From positions 1 to 57,380 of the IMG/VR virus record IMGVR_UViG_3300032330_001137: a DNA stretch of 57,380 bases; one strand, written 5' to 3'. The position numbers and the translations under genes are program-made. Each line of letters begins with the position of its first letter. Within the stretch, counting starts at the first letter, position 1. Positions 30,101 to 36,867 of the stretch are shown here, in pieces. This stretch comes from a virus. Taxonomy: Duplodnaviria; Caudoviricetes. The notes beneath the pieces were generated by a model that worked only from the letters and a program-made list of their open reading frames with translations, was not told the origin of the DNA and did no database searches.

Positions 30101-31376
30101 AAAGCTCGCTAAAGTTGGAGGGGGTTGAGACAAACTGCTCAAGCGTGTCCGTATCTTTTTGTCCGTTGGCGCGTCCTTTTTGCAGTGCGTTCAGCCAATC
30201 GCTAGAGATAGTAGAATCGGTTAGCAACTTGTTGTATCCCTCAAAGGAATTGGCAACCGCGATTTCACGCTGCGCCTTAAGTGTTGTCCGTTGATCCTCC
30301 GATAGTTCAGGATGCTCAGCCAATGCTTGTTCGAACAACGGCTTATTTGTCATCAACGCAGGATGAACAATAGGCGTAGCGTAACCAACATTGCGAATGT
30401 TGCGCCCAATCTCTTTGGGATCATCGTAGAATTTGAATTTATTTTGGTCGTTCGCGGACATGTAGGCAAGTTGAGTAATTGCTTTGTCAACTTCATCGTC
30501 GGTGAACGTATGTCCCGCTGTAAGGTTCTCATTCAAAGTGCGGCGCACCGCAGCGATATCAGGTTTCTGGCCTTCTAATACTTCTCTGTTATCAGCGTCC
30601 GCCTTCGAAAGAGTCGTGCCGTAAGAGTCGAGGATCTGGGCTGTCTTTTCATCGTTCTTCGCCAGTTCCGAAATCATGCCCGCAGCTTCGTTGTAGCGGG
30701 ATGTTTTGTAGAGCGGGGTCTTATATCCAACGGGAGTGCTTACCAACGCCTGAACATTGAGAGAGTCCGAGAAGTTAACGCCGCCCGTTTTGCTGGAGCG
30801 GATAGCTTCAGGGAGATTCATCGAGTCCATCATCGGTCCAGCAATGATCTCCTGCTTTCCTTCATCATCCATCACTTTGGCGAGCGGCATTTCTCCGTTA
30901 CGCACTTTGATGCGTTTCGCGGTATCGAAACCTTTCTCCACCGCTTGTTCCGCTTCTTGCTTATATTGATCGCGGGATGCGACAAGATCGGGAGCGAGCG
31001 CGTCGGGATCGGGATGGATCGATTGGAACGTCAGATAACGATTGACTGCCTTCCATGCGGGATCTTCCGAATCCAGAGTGGATCTGATCATCGCATACTT
31101 AGTCTCAGTAGATGGCTCCTTTGCCGTGAATAGTGCCTCTACATCTTCTTGCTTAGTTGGATCAATCAAGCCAGCTTCGGCTGCTTGGTCCCGCGTGGCA
31201 TTGCGGATCTCTCGCTCGATAGAGCTGTTATAAGATCCAGCTTTTAGGTATTCTCCACGAACATAATCCGCGTAGGACTTTCTGTTCTCGATTGAATCTC
31301 CTGCGTCATTCTGTGGTTCCCAATCTTTGAAGGATGAAAAGTCGGGCGATTGTAGTAGTTTTTCAAGCTCTGACAT
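18132..31376 (-). CDS. Giant (4414 aa) polyvalent internal virion/ejection protein
   Basis: Gly/Ala-rich hydrophobic N-terminal segments; HEYLH and EEMRH zincin-like motifs; HhH-GPD-like, GNAT-like and ART-like (GWHGT...GFDG...IFDPNKVKS) modules. Confidence 0.85.
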   Translation of the reverse strand: MSELEKLLQSPDFSSFKDWEPQNDAGDSIENRKSYADYVRGEYLKAGSYNSSIEREIRNATRDQAAEAGLIDPTKQEDVEALFTAKEPSTETKYAMIRSTLDSEDPAWKAVNRYLTFQSIHPDPDALAPDLVASRDQYKQEAEQAVEKGFDTAKRIKVRNGEMPLAKVMDDEGKQEIIAGPMMDSMNLPEAIRSSKTGGVNFSDSLNVQALVSTPVGYKTPLYKTSRYNEAAGMISELAKNDEKTAQILDSYGTTLSKADADNREVLEGQKPDIAAVRRTLNENLTAGHTFTDDEVDKAITQLAYMSANDQNKFKFYDDPKEIGRNIRNVGYATPIVHPALMTNKPLFEQALAEHPELSEDQRTTLKAQREIAVANSFEGYNKLLTDSTISSDWLNALQKGRANGQKDTDTLEQFVSTPSNFSELSSRAGGIKESILDGFGELVAAVPAMMGADWARNYMIGNIKEKQNRREVARLFGKEYGMGQDLAETIAPMLIDMAATTLLAIGTAPAAGAGGVAYAAAKSGARITVKGLVKGMASGAFRKLATESVEQAAERLIVSGLVKESVGEAGKSGAMAVINGYSGRLAKTLGTTVASAIPAFNRSAGATYANVYSQLENNKDITPEERHDRALGAGFAAGAVTAALTAGFAAFGHGGLEDALLSGATRSELKSVMARIANVSDISDDVFNKVVAKEVSGILKNYGSTLAKDAGKGFIDEGAEEFTDEFVNGFITDAATDQDTPFLQRLEQAGRAAILGGVMGSGVPAIRAAAAPLFKQSARQRQAAIELDFAKKVSSSLEASGSPLTAETVYGILSAPRRTRAKAAEAVLQASRATQPAPAAPAAPATVAAPAAPAAPATVAAPAAPAATPTPAPASVETEPEYKAPNDFDVMHELLTKDITSAGELMDRFGDKLKVTGYDPENRMISYVDDEGIEYETAIEQLDLTNNQEAIAKQRPKMPQTIAAVEKISAALHANTSQESVAAAIATDPNKAPEIGMDIDSIPNPAAKKKRKTAAKGGASPVVQQIEAKNAALKQASEAPMGQLELQLSVGGAPPVKVPRVRRSVKQQTKTSLAEQLDLFPPEADIEEQSNHAGSSDKFEDAAEADAEAVVTSIPIPVAAAAQAIVAGKNPKEVVAKKPTKAKKPAAPVGVEVPETFDEETFVDDELTGQEISTLQRLIGFGFPVRLQAKELYGYPKRASYDKGYLSGKSDLINKKIAQIYKPIELSVQKNWTPVSGSKTTVFNPKSNTVSRAQPKGYINENGVGVFDNNPLTMKALLENNHPVIIPEDFDLSTINPSFRYSKLGNEHTLTDIVKVNPETGSGFVSALTRQDTVLSEEPNYDFIQKVSDFENLFNNKIAGEQVIPDPENANVKVTLNEVFTRVTNIRNKSVGIGSAGKLSQPAAKAIIDNAIKPKVGNLTDDFAETASIAFDLAYRRALRLHSMRLSFDKFSERVSGEAFPSLKPDKVNAAIDQFVGLTRPEGANQKVSVAKRLQQTYGSDINPESNPDLVIANFIEDHILTAPEVAPTFRSVGAKVGNMYAEQQRSRNLFARRAIFQTTSPEDVAKLQADEAYDPMSEVSDDHIAPDKDLFSPTSQLTKGLMERTAADAVDSIDSDPELRTALNKLLRSTLYKGNSAFDVSGLTAQDAFSQLAQWMSAGNYATNPEAIGFQRGLENGDYENGMALRDALKLMHIASKSVTGSIDQDPEYIKELARNLSSGSGVKVTERQAKEFAKSIGNVATRLWSRSYVRGEQIEFARNLNEADVARLGLKNGDPQSVINALRIIASTEADPNKKLLARLLLENQSFIRQVTFSIDEVSLPYAGQYTLMADGTSAVSLNLDGYNGRGLSDALLHEYLHAFVNKVISAPVELQTEDQRAAIQRLNGILNLVRDSAASNGIDSPMLTDGLVDLNEFVTHFFTSTDFQNLVKTLSPPAKQRGFFARVIDALLDVFGLGKSTQSVYQQAFTDVVDLTRSAIHSAPLTSRSLINKLAVKSSEILGIAKRVGSSFGSVAGDGTISVDEESAAAEAKAAAVKAADEAEVSDLMDQADPKTLPFDPTTDTNRSMVASMKRSMLLIRKLVPKEIKLQWDSTVPMAEVDLQTGELFVNPQSIAALINGKTPSQASLAIKTMIDEEMRHVASFNSLTESEVATIVDSKKDSDFEEIANAYYGNEANRAAALERLRSEDPNVSGAEKLRLTEERLRMLSQKVTRGTTTEEDYAFWRTNPSTLKILGRYFKNMINSMFGGTTNINNNVASFVRGKTFLAMSTDERVAVARIVTEMRALQAGYRLAPNAMRFNPENPSDVVGMFENQLGTSFGDVEAELTRSSFPMSALNLLHGAAMSPTKATNKVVANQLAEMAAEYWGGLVTSKNITPEQKAILTQNCTEEVIAALNASGKNAADWYSTAIEVAMGVASVLHPELSNVDAARAVPAFAASEDPVQAARFAMRMALAITSQNINVEQNTRYAEEQFTLLKLNGKFDNTRSYGSKADAIKSNLNLANLLVAKYGYAKSEDFVKKEFTIKDLSTIASDIRGKKVSVTGAKKDKVNGAAIFGPKIGQGFLQNLMSNFTPVTVDLWMRRTWGRWTGDVVGDGVTEERLTNLILGAKAAKVALPDELKKIRFVPALNSKGKLIEKDGVVKMTVHHTAAAKLENDFKFRELCNETATKLDAEWQRQFKLLSLPLNKKLYDAMLSGELSIGKYIASTDAFIEKINADYKILSTSKSLPSISREVWIGNKTKSINADARKNKLSEAERNARLNELPIKFDKLAESNKLPQIPIADWRLLKFAKAGRDIVLTNKEVSAIKPAWANAANVIKSKLNPIDAPSDQDRRVITEIVNNSRLQLKALGYTTTNADIQAILWYPEKDLWALLTGKPESNLKSSYDEEFITIAKQRGLGDDALSIAESIRTDRAARNSGGDDGRAVGTAAGQTNVSVGTSFGDTLETNFKTLPNGNEKENTATSVYERSIRNEPDVGRKFLEGIGRTASDHPMGAAVEVKDASFYNDSGTRLFLAPDDLTGVAVTSYGDLVSVFKHPSSKEKILPILKEAANYATTLDAYDVNGFLPNLYSKIGFRPVARIAFNSDYAPPNWPYDLAGKPDVVLMVKDPTGKSGLPEIGTEGYDAIRDQVPLYATYDEAMAAQQAAVKSIPPASNKQSMPNAGTLQTSFGDVSRQSDAEYLKAVDAGDTAKMQQMVDAAAKAAGYTIKGWHGTAYKFTIPRGHRGVAMHVALRPEMAKDFAEAQAKNVRHIVDREGDQLDSESTEPIILGVFGSNNLFDPRVQDHRSALRKLMYIDDAELQAADYDVFENSSAQDLIRQLGFDGYYESERGDGNITSFAIFDPNKVKSADPITRDENGNVIPLSQRFNQKSNSILQTSFGDVSQLPARFDADKMDFSNFLQALEMPMLEVGTYRSPKNVLDRLFKGELDPRITTLKNHRDFFKSAATSLVQNYKTKLDSIIKKDFGSLENAPLDDIAAAIGSTHGTVLNQDVVDQIEDTYQAALETISIDDTLNAKQKTAARRTALDAKMQSIDVERTAQADAIRSLRDTALENLANKSPELARHIVQLRTLTDEVSKRVTSLYGFKPELQATFDSQLGIYLTRSYKMFHEVGFADIVRSDPSYEPQRQAAMTFFENQFMEHETARRMAAGETQSDAENNARIDLANKASNGRSVAENALEEFISQYEKKGLSGSAGSTMSESFRILQKNIKQKKDIPVELRNILGEYGPESGADNLLRSFVTVSSMAANQSFLQHVKTIGVEGGWLLTRKELDDKMVSDYDTYKNYGMIRSNKEASAYDPLGDLFGPPELVDGLNKVFSSEARKQNMDTAQDLVAKTTNLFAKLTGGAMAAKTLGSVGFYIRNVVSNMAFFGPSQGFFNIGSMAESARNEIWSSLTDPNRIEAYRTELISLGVIGNETQSTVMADLLRGTTTIQSIESQLDKLIKIGHAGTKPLTWMTDKAQQLASAADAFYKIAYYENELKVLNSARGAGGGKFATMSDYDLKREAARKVLMTAQSASQAPPIVKEITKSGIGLLFSPFLRFKAEVPRIVLNTYKLAFDEMKSGNSVIAARGQKRFAGMTFVIGGVSMVVPAVIRALVGIGDDEDEALRASLPSYLRNHTFFYRRDDNGQLQSWDFTFLNPYSLVSDPTMRSMEHLLRGDPAKAAAKFVETAIFDQYLDDQIFSSAIQSLRDNRDPSTDKPIYEPKIDSAGAVVLKSMSHVFRQAYMPSAANRIIKAYQAVGSDYTDFDNSPAGILMQEFYPVKRHDIELDKQLRRYLSETRDVYNRINERKNVLFSKKPIDEAAVRDIIKSEVYDKAAMNEDIYRKMRGYEGLGLKPQDIYSIMTSKNMGYGKDRSRLLFNKLMDRPVLSPDFQSRLADPTNEQGMDRLLIADDELKKYSRYIMIEP
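21217..21872. repeat. 26-bp exact direct repeats flanking the ART-like module
   Basis: GAGACATCGCCGAAGGATGTTTGCAG at 21217-21242 and 21847-21872 (630-bp period, in frame). Confidence 0.95.
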
Positions 31377-31405
31377 AGCAGAAACAGTTTAGTGGTTGGA
31401 TAGTA

Positions 31406-32431
31406 TTATTTGAACTTAGACGAGAATTCAGAAGAGGTAACAGTTGGGATACCAAGCATGCCCGTTATTTGCCCGCTGACCGACCGGAAAGCATTTCGAT
31501 AAAGATCTTCATCGGAGAACTGAGACAAGTCCTTACTGGTGATGCTTGGATACATCGAGCGCAGGATCTCTTCTAGTTGTGCTTTGTCTTCTGGTTGGAA
31601 CTTGAAAGGTTGCGCTTGCGGAACATTGTGCTTCGTCACTGGTCCGGTTGCCGAAGCGTCTTTAAGCGACCCGACATCATAACCTTCTTCCTCCTTCTTG
31701 GTTCCCATCTTATTCAGATCGGTCAGATAGTTTTTGAAGTAGTCAAGCTGCGCTCCATACTGACTCATTTTAAGTTTGTCTTGCGCTTCTTGTGCGTTGA
31801 TGGCGGCTTTACTTTGCGCTGCGGCTTTGCCTTCCTCAGTTCTCTGCTGATTGATCGCCGTCGCCACTCCGTAATACTGTGCGCCTGCGCCTTCTGTGAC
31901 TTGGCCGCCGAACACGTTCTTGACCGCATCGGGAAGTCCTTGGGTCGCGAGAGCGTATCCCAACGCTGACTTTTGCTTTTCGGTTTCGTCTTTGGCTTTG
32001 AGCGTATCTTCGGCAGCTGAGACGAGATTGATCAGACTCTTGTTGCGAGCGAATCGGCCTGCGTTGTCCATCTTATACTGACCAACGGCGGTAAGCTTCT
32101 CGAAATTATTCTTATTCGGATCGTTAACGATTCCTGTAAGATTCTGAAGATCGGTCGGCAGAGTCTCCAGAGCTTCACGCTGCGCCTTTGCTTCGTCGGC
32201 GGCAGCCATCAAGTCGAGCTGTTGACGCTTGAAAGCGATTTGTTGATACTGCGACTTGAGCAGATCATCCTGAGTCTTGATTTGGGATTCAAGATACGGG
32301 CTTACTTCCGCAGTGTATTTGCTTGTGAGGTATCGTGCAGCGTCGGCATTCAGGCTTCGGGATGCGGCTACATCAGAAAAAAAATTGCCCTTCATCGGGG
32401 CGATAGCGGAGTCGTAAGAGAATTCACCCAT
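31406..32431 (-). CDS. Putative internal virion protein
   Basis: Helical Q/A/K-rich 341-aa protein directly upstream of the giant gene. Confidence 0.6.
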   Translation of the reverse strand: MGEFSYDSAIAPMKGNFFSDVAASRSLNADAARYLTSKYTAEVSPYLESQIKTQDDLLKSQYQQIAFKRQQLDLMAAADEAKAQREALETLPTDLQNLTGIVNDPNKNNFEKLTAVGQYKMDNAGRFARNKSLINLVSAAEDTLKAKDETEKQKSALGYALATQGLPDAVKNVFGGQVTEGAGAQYYGVATAINQQRTEEGKAAAQSKAAINAQEAQDKLKMSQYGAQLDYFKNYLTDLNKMGTKKEEEGYDVGSLKDASATGPVTKHNVPQAQPFKFQPEDKAQLEEILRSMYPSITSKDLSQFSDEDLYRNAFRSVSGQITGMLGIPTVTSSEFSSKFK

Positions 32432-32436
32432 CTGGA

Positions 32437-33093
32437 TTAAGCGGAAGGTGCGTATTTGCGGTAGTCGAATTGACCGGATTCAAGATCCTTATTCTGTTGT
32501 TGAAGCAATTTGTTTTGGAATTGGAACTGCCTGCGTTTCAGGTCTTCGTTGGCCGCTGCTTCCCCCGCTGCGGCCCGTTTGGATTTTTCTTCGAAGCCTC
32601 TGTATTCTTGGCTTTTGATGTTCGGTTCGTCTATGTTCTGCGCTACGCCAGCGAGAGCCACTTGCTCCGCCGCTTTGTCGAAGCCCAAACGCTTCAATCT
32701 GCGGGCCGCACGCAGCGACTTGCCCTCTGCGGACTCAAGACTACGGGTTTGGTGCAGCGTGTTGGCGGAACCAAACGGAGCATTCTGCATCGCGGCGAGA
32801 CGATCCAGTCCCGGCGTAACGGGTCCGCTATCCAAGCGGGGGGTAGCGGGTCCGCTATTAGAACTTGGAGCAGCAGGACCGCTATCGGGGGTAGCGGGTT
32901 TCCTATCTAAGTTTGAAAAGAACGATTTCGCAGAACTTAAATCTGGCGTCCCCAAACCGCTCGCATCGGAAGGAGTGGCTAACGGAGGCAAAGGAGAGAA
33001 CGTATTCCGAGTCCGCGCAGCGGCTTCATCAGTGAGCTTCTTCGCCATCTCGTTCACTTTTTTACGTTTTTCGTCGGTGATCTCGCCAGCCAT
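32437..33093 (-). CDS. Putative internal virion protein
   Basis: First gene of the three-gene operon; ATG 33093 follows a leaderless promoter. Confidence 0.6.
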   Translation of the reverse strand: MAGEITDEKRKKVNEMAKKLTDEAAARTRNTFSPLPPLATPSDASGLGTPDLSSAKSFFSNLDRKPATPDSGPAAPSSNSGPATPRLDSGPVTPGLDRLAAMQNAPFGSANTLHQTRSLESAEGKSLRAARRLKRLGFDKAAEQVALAGVAQNIDEPNIKSQEYRGFEEKSKRAAAGEAAANEDLKRRQFQFQNKLLQQQNKDLESGQFDYRKYAPSA

Positions 33094-33099
33094 CTGGAA

Positions 33100-33128
33100 A
33101 AAATACCGCAACCCGCTTACTTTGTCAA
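33100..33128 (-). promoter_or_regulatory. Leaderless sigma70-type promoter
   Basis: TTGACA-17-TATTTT, 6 nt to ATG 33093. Confidence 0.7.
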
Positions 33129-33150
33129 TACATTCTGCAGATCAAATACG

Positions 33151-33314
33151 ATGTATTTACATTGTAAGTGGATGCCCCCTTAAAATTCCTAGTATAAAAA
33201 CTTTATTATTAGTTGGAGTTACATTGGTTTCCGAAAACCAATGTAACTCCATTCATTATAAGAGTTTTTAGTGGGGGGTCTGGAAAGGCCCATCCGCTTA
33301 CAATGTAAATACAT
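33151..33314. repeat. Concentric inverted repeats (copy 2 of the palindrome)
   Basis: Inner 33215-33250; outer 24-bp arms at 33151-33174 and 33291-33314 (1 mismatch); both centred at 33232.5. Confidence 0.95.
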
Positions 33315-33325
33315 TGCCACTACGA

Positions 33326-35113
33326 TCACTCGAAAAGCGTGGATTCATCGTTCGAAAGCGCATTCCGAAGCGAAGAGATCGTCGGTCGCTGCATCCGGTA
33401 TCCTGAATCCTTTTTCTCGAAAGGTTCTACGGCGACCATGCCGTGACGCTGTCGCGCCAAGTCCAAGCAGAGGAACGCGGCATCGGCCAAGTCGGGAGAT
33501 CTCCCGAATCGGGATTTGAATTCAGGCTTCGATTCGATCTTCACGCGAAGCGACGTGCCTTTGACCAGCTCGTAGTTTCTGGCACAGATCTCTTTGGCGA
33601 GATCGCTGTTGATTCCAAACAACTGTTTGGTTCGGATGAGTTCCTTCCCCACGAACCAGAGTTCGGATACACGGTTCATGTAGAGTTCTTCGCCAGTCAG
33701 GCTACTGTTCGCGCTGACGCGCCTGTCGGACGCCTTGCCGCCGAAGCTGACTCTTAGGAAGGCCGATGACCACTCGCCCGCCAGAACGTCGCAGAAGGGT
33801 GCTCCCGCGCCCGTGCTGTCCACCGCAATGTTTTCCGGCGCGATGCCGCGCTTGATACAGTGCGTCTTGATTTGCTGGACGATCTGGTAGGTTCGCGGGA
33901 TCGCTTTGTTCGTCGCGTCATCGTTCAAGTGGATAGCTTCCCCCAATTCCGTGACAAAGTGCCCATCCGTGTTGTAACCCACTAGCCCAGTGTAGAGGAT
34001 CGTTCGGTCGCCACCGTTCGTGAACGCCGGATCGAGTCCTGCAATCGGAGTCGGTTTGCCCTGCCACTCGACTTTACGGAACGACTCGCTACGCGAGAGT
34101 TCGGCTTCCGAGTAAATCCCTTCCGTCTCTTCCGAATCGAAGAAGACGGCGCGGACCATTCGCATGTATCCACGTGAGGTCTCGCCCAACAGAGCCTTGT
34201 CTTCCGCCAGCTTGCTTGCCGTCGGGAGCCACGGGTAGATGTTCTCGCCAGCTAGAATGTTGGGCGATCGTTCGCCATCGAGCCGGATGTATTTGCCGCC
34301 CCATCGCGTATCCCATTCGTCATCCACTTGCGTATCGATGGTATCCCAGCCCTTCTTCGGCTCAGACCACACGCCAAACGCATCGAAGCGACTGTTCGGG
34401 TTGCTCATTCCGATCATCTGAAACTCTGGGTTCTTCGATAAGTTGGAGAGACCCGCATTCAGAATGGCTTCGCTCAGTTCGGAAAGCTCGTCACCGATCA
34501 GGATCACGCGCTTCTGCTTGATACCGATGAACTTACCAACGGCTTCGCGAGTCTTGCTCCGCTCCGCCGCGATCAGCGAAAGACCCGCCCGCTCGATCAA
34601 ATCGCCGTTCTCGTTGATGTAGGCGACGTTTCCGATTGAATCCCGAATCTTGATTGGTGCGTCTTCGATCACCGTCAGCAAGCTGATGACGGAACCCCAG
34701 ATCCGTTTACGGGCCTCACGCAGCGTTGTAGAGGTCAGGAGAACCAGAGTGTCACGCGGCTGCGCTAAGAAGTTTACGATGCCCCACGCGGCCATTGTGT
34801 GCGATTTACCGCTGGATGCCGACCCGCCTATCGCAAGATATTTGTTGCGGATCGCCGCTTTGATCATCCGGTCGGCCCACGGATGGCGGACCATCAGCTG
34901 CTCCGCCATGTCGGGACCGTTCCAAAGCTCGTCGCAGATTCGCCAGAAATAATACTCCTTGGCGATAGGCTTTGTGTGATGGGCGAACCCGTAGAGTAAG
35001 GCCGTGATGAGGCTGGTGGGGCGGATCTCCAATCCTCCGACATCCATTTTCTTGGTTGTCGGATCGATACGCGGCTCCAGAACACTCTTCGTCTGAGTCA
35101 AATTATTTTGCAT
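33326..35113 (-). CDS. terL: Terminase large subunit
   Basis: Walker A GSASSGKS, Walker B ILIGDE, MSNP coupling motif, nuclease GLDPA..GGD and SPDLADA; start ATG 35113 or TTG 35134. Confidence 0.9.
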   Translation of the reverse strand: MQNNLTQTKSVLEPRIDPTTKKMDVGGLEIRPTSLITALLYGFAHHTKPIAKEYYFWRICDELWNGPDMAEQLMVRHPWADRMIKAAIRNKYLAIGGSASSGKSHTMAAWGIVNFLAQPRDTLVLLTSTTLREARKRIWGSVISLLTVIEDAPIKIRDSIGNVAYINENGDLIERAGLSLIAAERSKTREAVGKFIGIKQKRVILIGDELSELSEAILNAGLSNLSKNPEFQMIGMSNPNSRFDAFGVWSEPKKGWDTIDTQVDDEWDTRWGGKYIRLDGERSPNILAGENIYPWLPTASKLAEDKALLGETSRGYMRMVRAVFFDSEETEGIYSEAELSRSESFRKVEWQGKPTPIAGLDPAFTNGGDRTILYTGLVGYNTDGHFVTELGEAIHLNDDATNKAIPRTYQIVQQIKTHCIKRGIAPENIAVDSTGAGAPFCDVLAGEWSSAFLRVSFGGKASDRRVSANSSLTGEELYMNRVSELWFVGKELIRTKQLFGINSDLAKEICARNYELVKGTSLRVKIESKPEFKSRFGRSPDLADAAFLCLDLARQRHGMVAVEPFEKKDSGYRMQRPTISSLRNALSNDESTLFE

Positions 35114-35166
35114 TATTTGTTTTTTTTGTTGCAAGTGATTACAATGTGTTCAAATCTGAATCCATC

Positions 35167-35802
35167 TTGAGCAGCAACCCTAAAGAAAACAAGCCGAAAA
35201 GGTCGAACGTCCCGAAGTCTACGGAGCTGAAAGAGCGTGCGTTGCAGATGTTCCGCGATAACTACAAGCAGACGATCATCTCCCGCGATCTTGGAGTCCA
35301 TATCAATACCGTTCACAAATGGATCAAACAAGCGGGTTTGAACGCCATCCCGATTACAGCGATGATTCCGAAGGATGCTGAAGGGATGGAGTTCATCGAT
35401 CCGTTGGCTAACCTATTGAACGAGAACCTTTCGGAGCGAACGGATGAAGCCGTAAAGCTCGCCAAGCATAACGCCGCTTTGCTGGAGGAAAAAGAAATCC
35501 TCGATCTCGCCGAAGCGCAGTCCACGCCAGCCGACAAGTATCAGCACTACATCGCCGCCGCGAGTATCAAGCTACTACGCGATTCGATGAAGCATCTAAG
35601 AGGCCCGCGCAGCGTTCGCGAACTCTCCGAACTCGACCAGTTGATCCGACGCAATTTGGGTTTAAACTCTAAAAGTGCGGGCGGAACCAGTAAGATGCAC
35701 ATCGACATCTCCATTCTCAACAACTCCGCTGCCGACAGAGGCAACGGTGCGGTTAAGCAAAAGACAACAATAATCGATATCGAACCTGAATCAGAAGAAT
35801 GA
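35167..35802 (+). CDS. HTH protein, possible terminase small subunit (start uncertain)
   Basis: KERALQMF...ISRDLGVHINTVHKW HTH followed by a helical region; adjacent to terL but divergent. Confidence 0.55.
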   Translation: MSSNPKENKPKRSNVPKSTELKERALQMFRDNYKQTIISRDLGVHINTVHKWIKQAGLNAIPITAMIPKDAEGMEFIDPLANLLNENLSERTDEAVKLAKHNAALLEEKEILDLAEAQSTPADKYQHYIAAASIKLLRDSMKHLRGPRSVRELSELDQLIRRNLGLNSKSAGGTSKMHIDISILNNSAADRGNGAVKQKTTIIDIEPESEE

Positions 35803-36086
35803 TCACCACATACAAACAACGCCTACAGTTTCCCGCAAAAATCGCGATCAGCGACCCGCAAGTAATCTTTAAGGAGAAGTATGAAAATTCAGATGAGTAT
35901 TCCTACTACAGCGAAATGGTTGCCGGAGACTTCTACCGCGTGATTCCAACGTCACCACGTGAGATCAGCTTCTTTGCGAGCCTTAAGAAATACGTTGAGG
36001 TCTTTGCTCCAGCGAAAGGCAACGGGCTTATTGTCCGCGCTGACGTCATCGACGCCTTTGATCCACCGCCAAAGAATCTGAAGTGA
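35799..36086 (+). CDS. Hypothetical protein
   Basis: ATGA and GTGA overlaps on both sides. Confidence 0.7.
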   Translation: MITTYKQRLQFPAKIAISDPQVIFKEKYENSDEYSYYSEMVAGDFYRVIPTSPREISFFASLKKYVEVFAPAKGNGLIVRADVIDAFDPPPKNLK

Positions 36087-36559
36087 TCATAGGAATCGAT
36101 AACGGTCTTGATGGTGGACTCTGTGCGATCTCCGAGCACAGCGGATCGATTATCGACAAGTTGGCGATGCCTACGTTCCAGCGTGCCGGAAAGCGTGAAG
36201 TCGACACAAAGACGATTCTGAACTGGATACGCGACCTGAACACTGAACCGTTGATCGCGATTGAGGAACCGCTAAAACACGCGAAGTCTTCTCAAGCGAT
36301 GCGTTCAATGGGCATTTCGTTCGGGAAAATTTTGGGCATGTGCGAGTCACATGAACTCAAAGTCAAGCCAATCCAAGTGCTGGATTGGCAGAAGAAGATG
36401 TTGGGCAAAGTGCCTAAGTCCCAAACGAAAGTCTTCGCTTTGAGAAAAGCGAACGAACTTGCGCCCGACGAAGACTGGCGAAAGAATGGACGATGCACTG
36501 TTCCGCACGACGGAATCGTCGATGCTTTTTTGATTGCTTTTTACACTGCAAAACTATGA
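36083..36559 (+). CDS. RuvC-like Holliday junction resolvase
   Basis: IIGIDNGLDGG, AIEE, SFG...G, W.K, HDGIVDAFLIA. Confidence 0.85.
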   Translation: MIIGIDNGLDGGLCAISEHSGSIIDKLAMPTFQRAGKREVDTKTILNWIRDLNTEPLIAIEEPLKHAKSSQAMRSMGISFGKILGMCESHELKVKPIQVLDWQKKMLGKVPKSQTKVFALRKANELAPDEDWRKNGRCTVPHDGIVDAFLIAFYTAKL

Positions 36560-36819
36560 ACAAGATTGACATGATGATGGACGATATGTTCGACGATGGA
36601 GAAATAATTCTCACAGCTGATGGCTTTGACGATGCCTTTGTAGGAATCGGGATACAGTTTAATAGGCCCATCGCCGTATACGATTATGCTAAATGCATCA
36701 GCATTCTCGCGAAAGAAATGGACTATGAAGACGCTGTTGAGTTCTTTGAGTTCAACGTGATTGGCGCATGGGTTGGGGAACAAACTCCGATCTTTTTACG
36801 CTACCCTGAAAATTCTTGA
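36556..36819 (+). CDS. Conserved acidic phage hypothetical protein
   Basis: ADGFDDAFVG...AVYD...EDAVEFFEFNVIGAWVGEQTP. Confidence 0.75.
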   Translation: MNKIDMMMDDMFDDGEIILTADGFDDAFVGIGIQFNRPIAVYDYAKCISILAKEMDYEDAVEFFEFNVIGAWVGEQTPIFLRYPENS

Positions 36820-36867
36820 ATTTTTTTCTTGTCAGTTCAGGTCGGATGTCCTAAGAGCTTCTTCCGA

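Noticed and set aside
18132-31376. Giant protein as an N4-like or crAss-like virion RNA polymerase reading the early hairpins
   Set aside because: I found no DxDGD or convincing T7-type polymerase motifs, the hairpins follow stop codons and are longer than N4 promoters, and sigma70 promoters are present. A structure search would be needed to exclude it fully.
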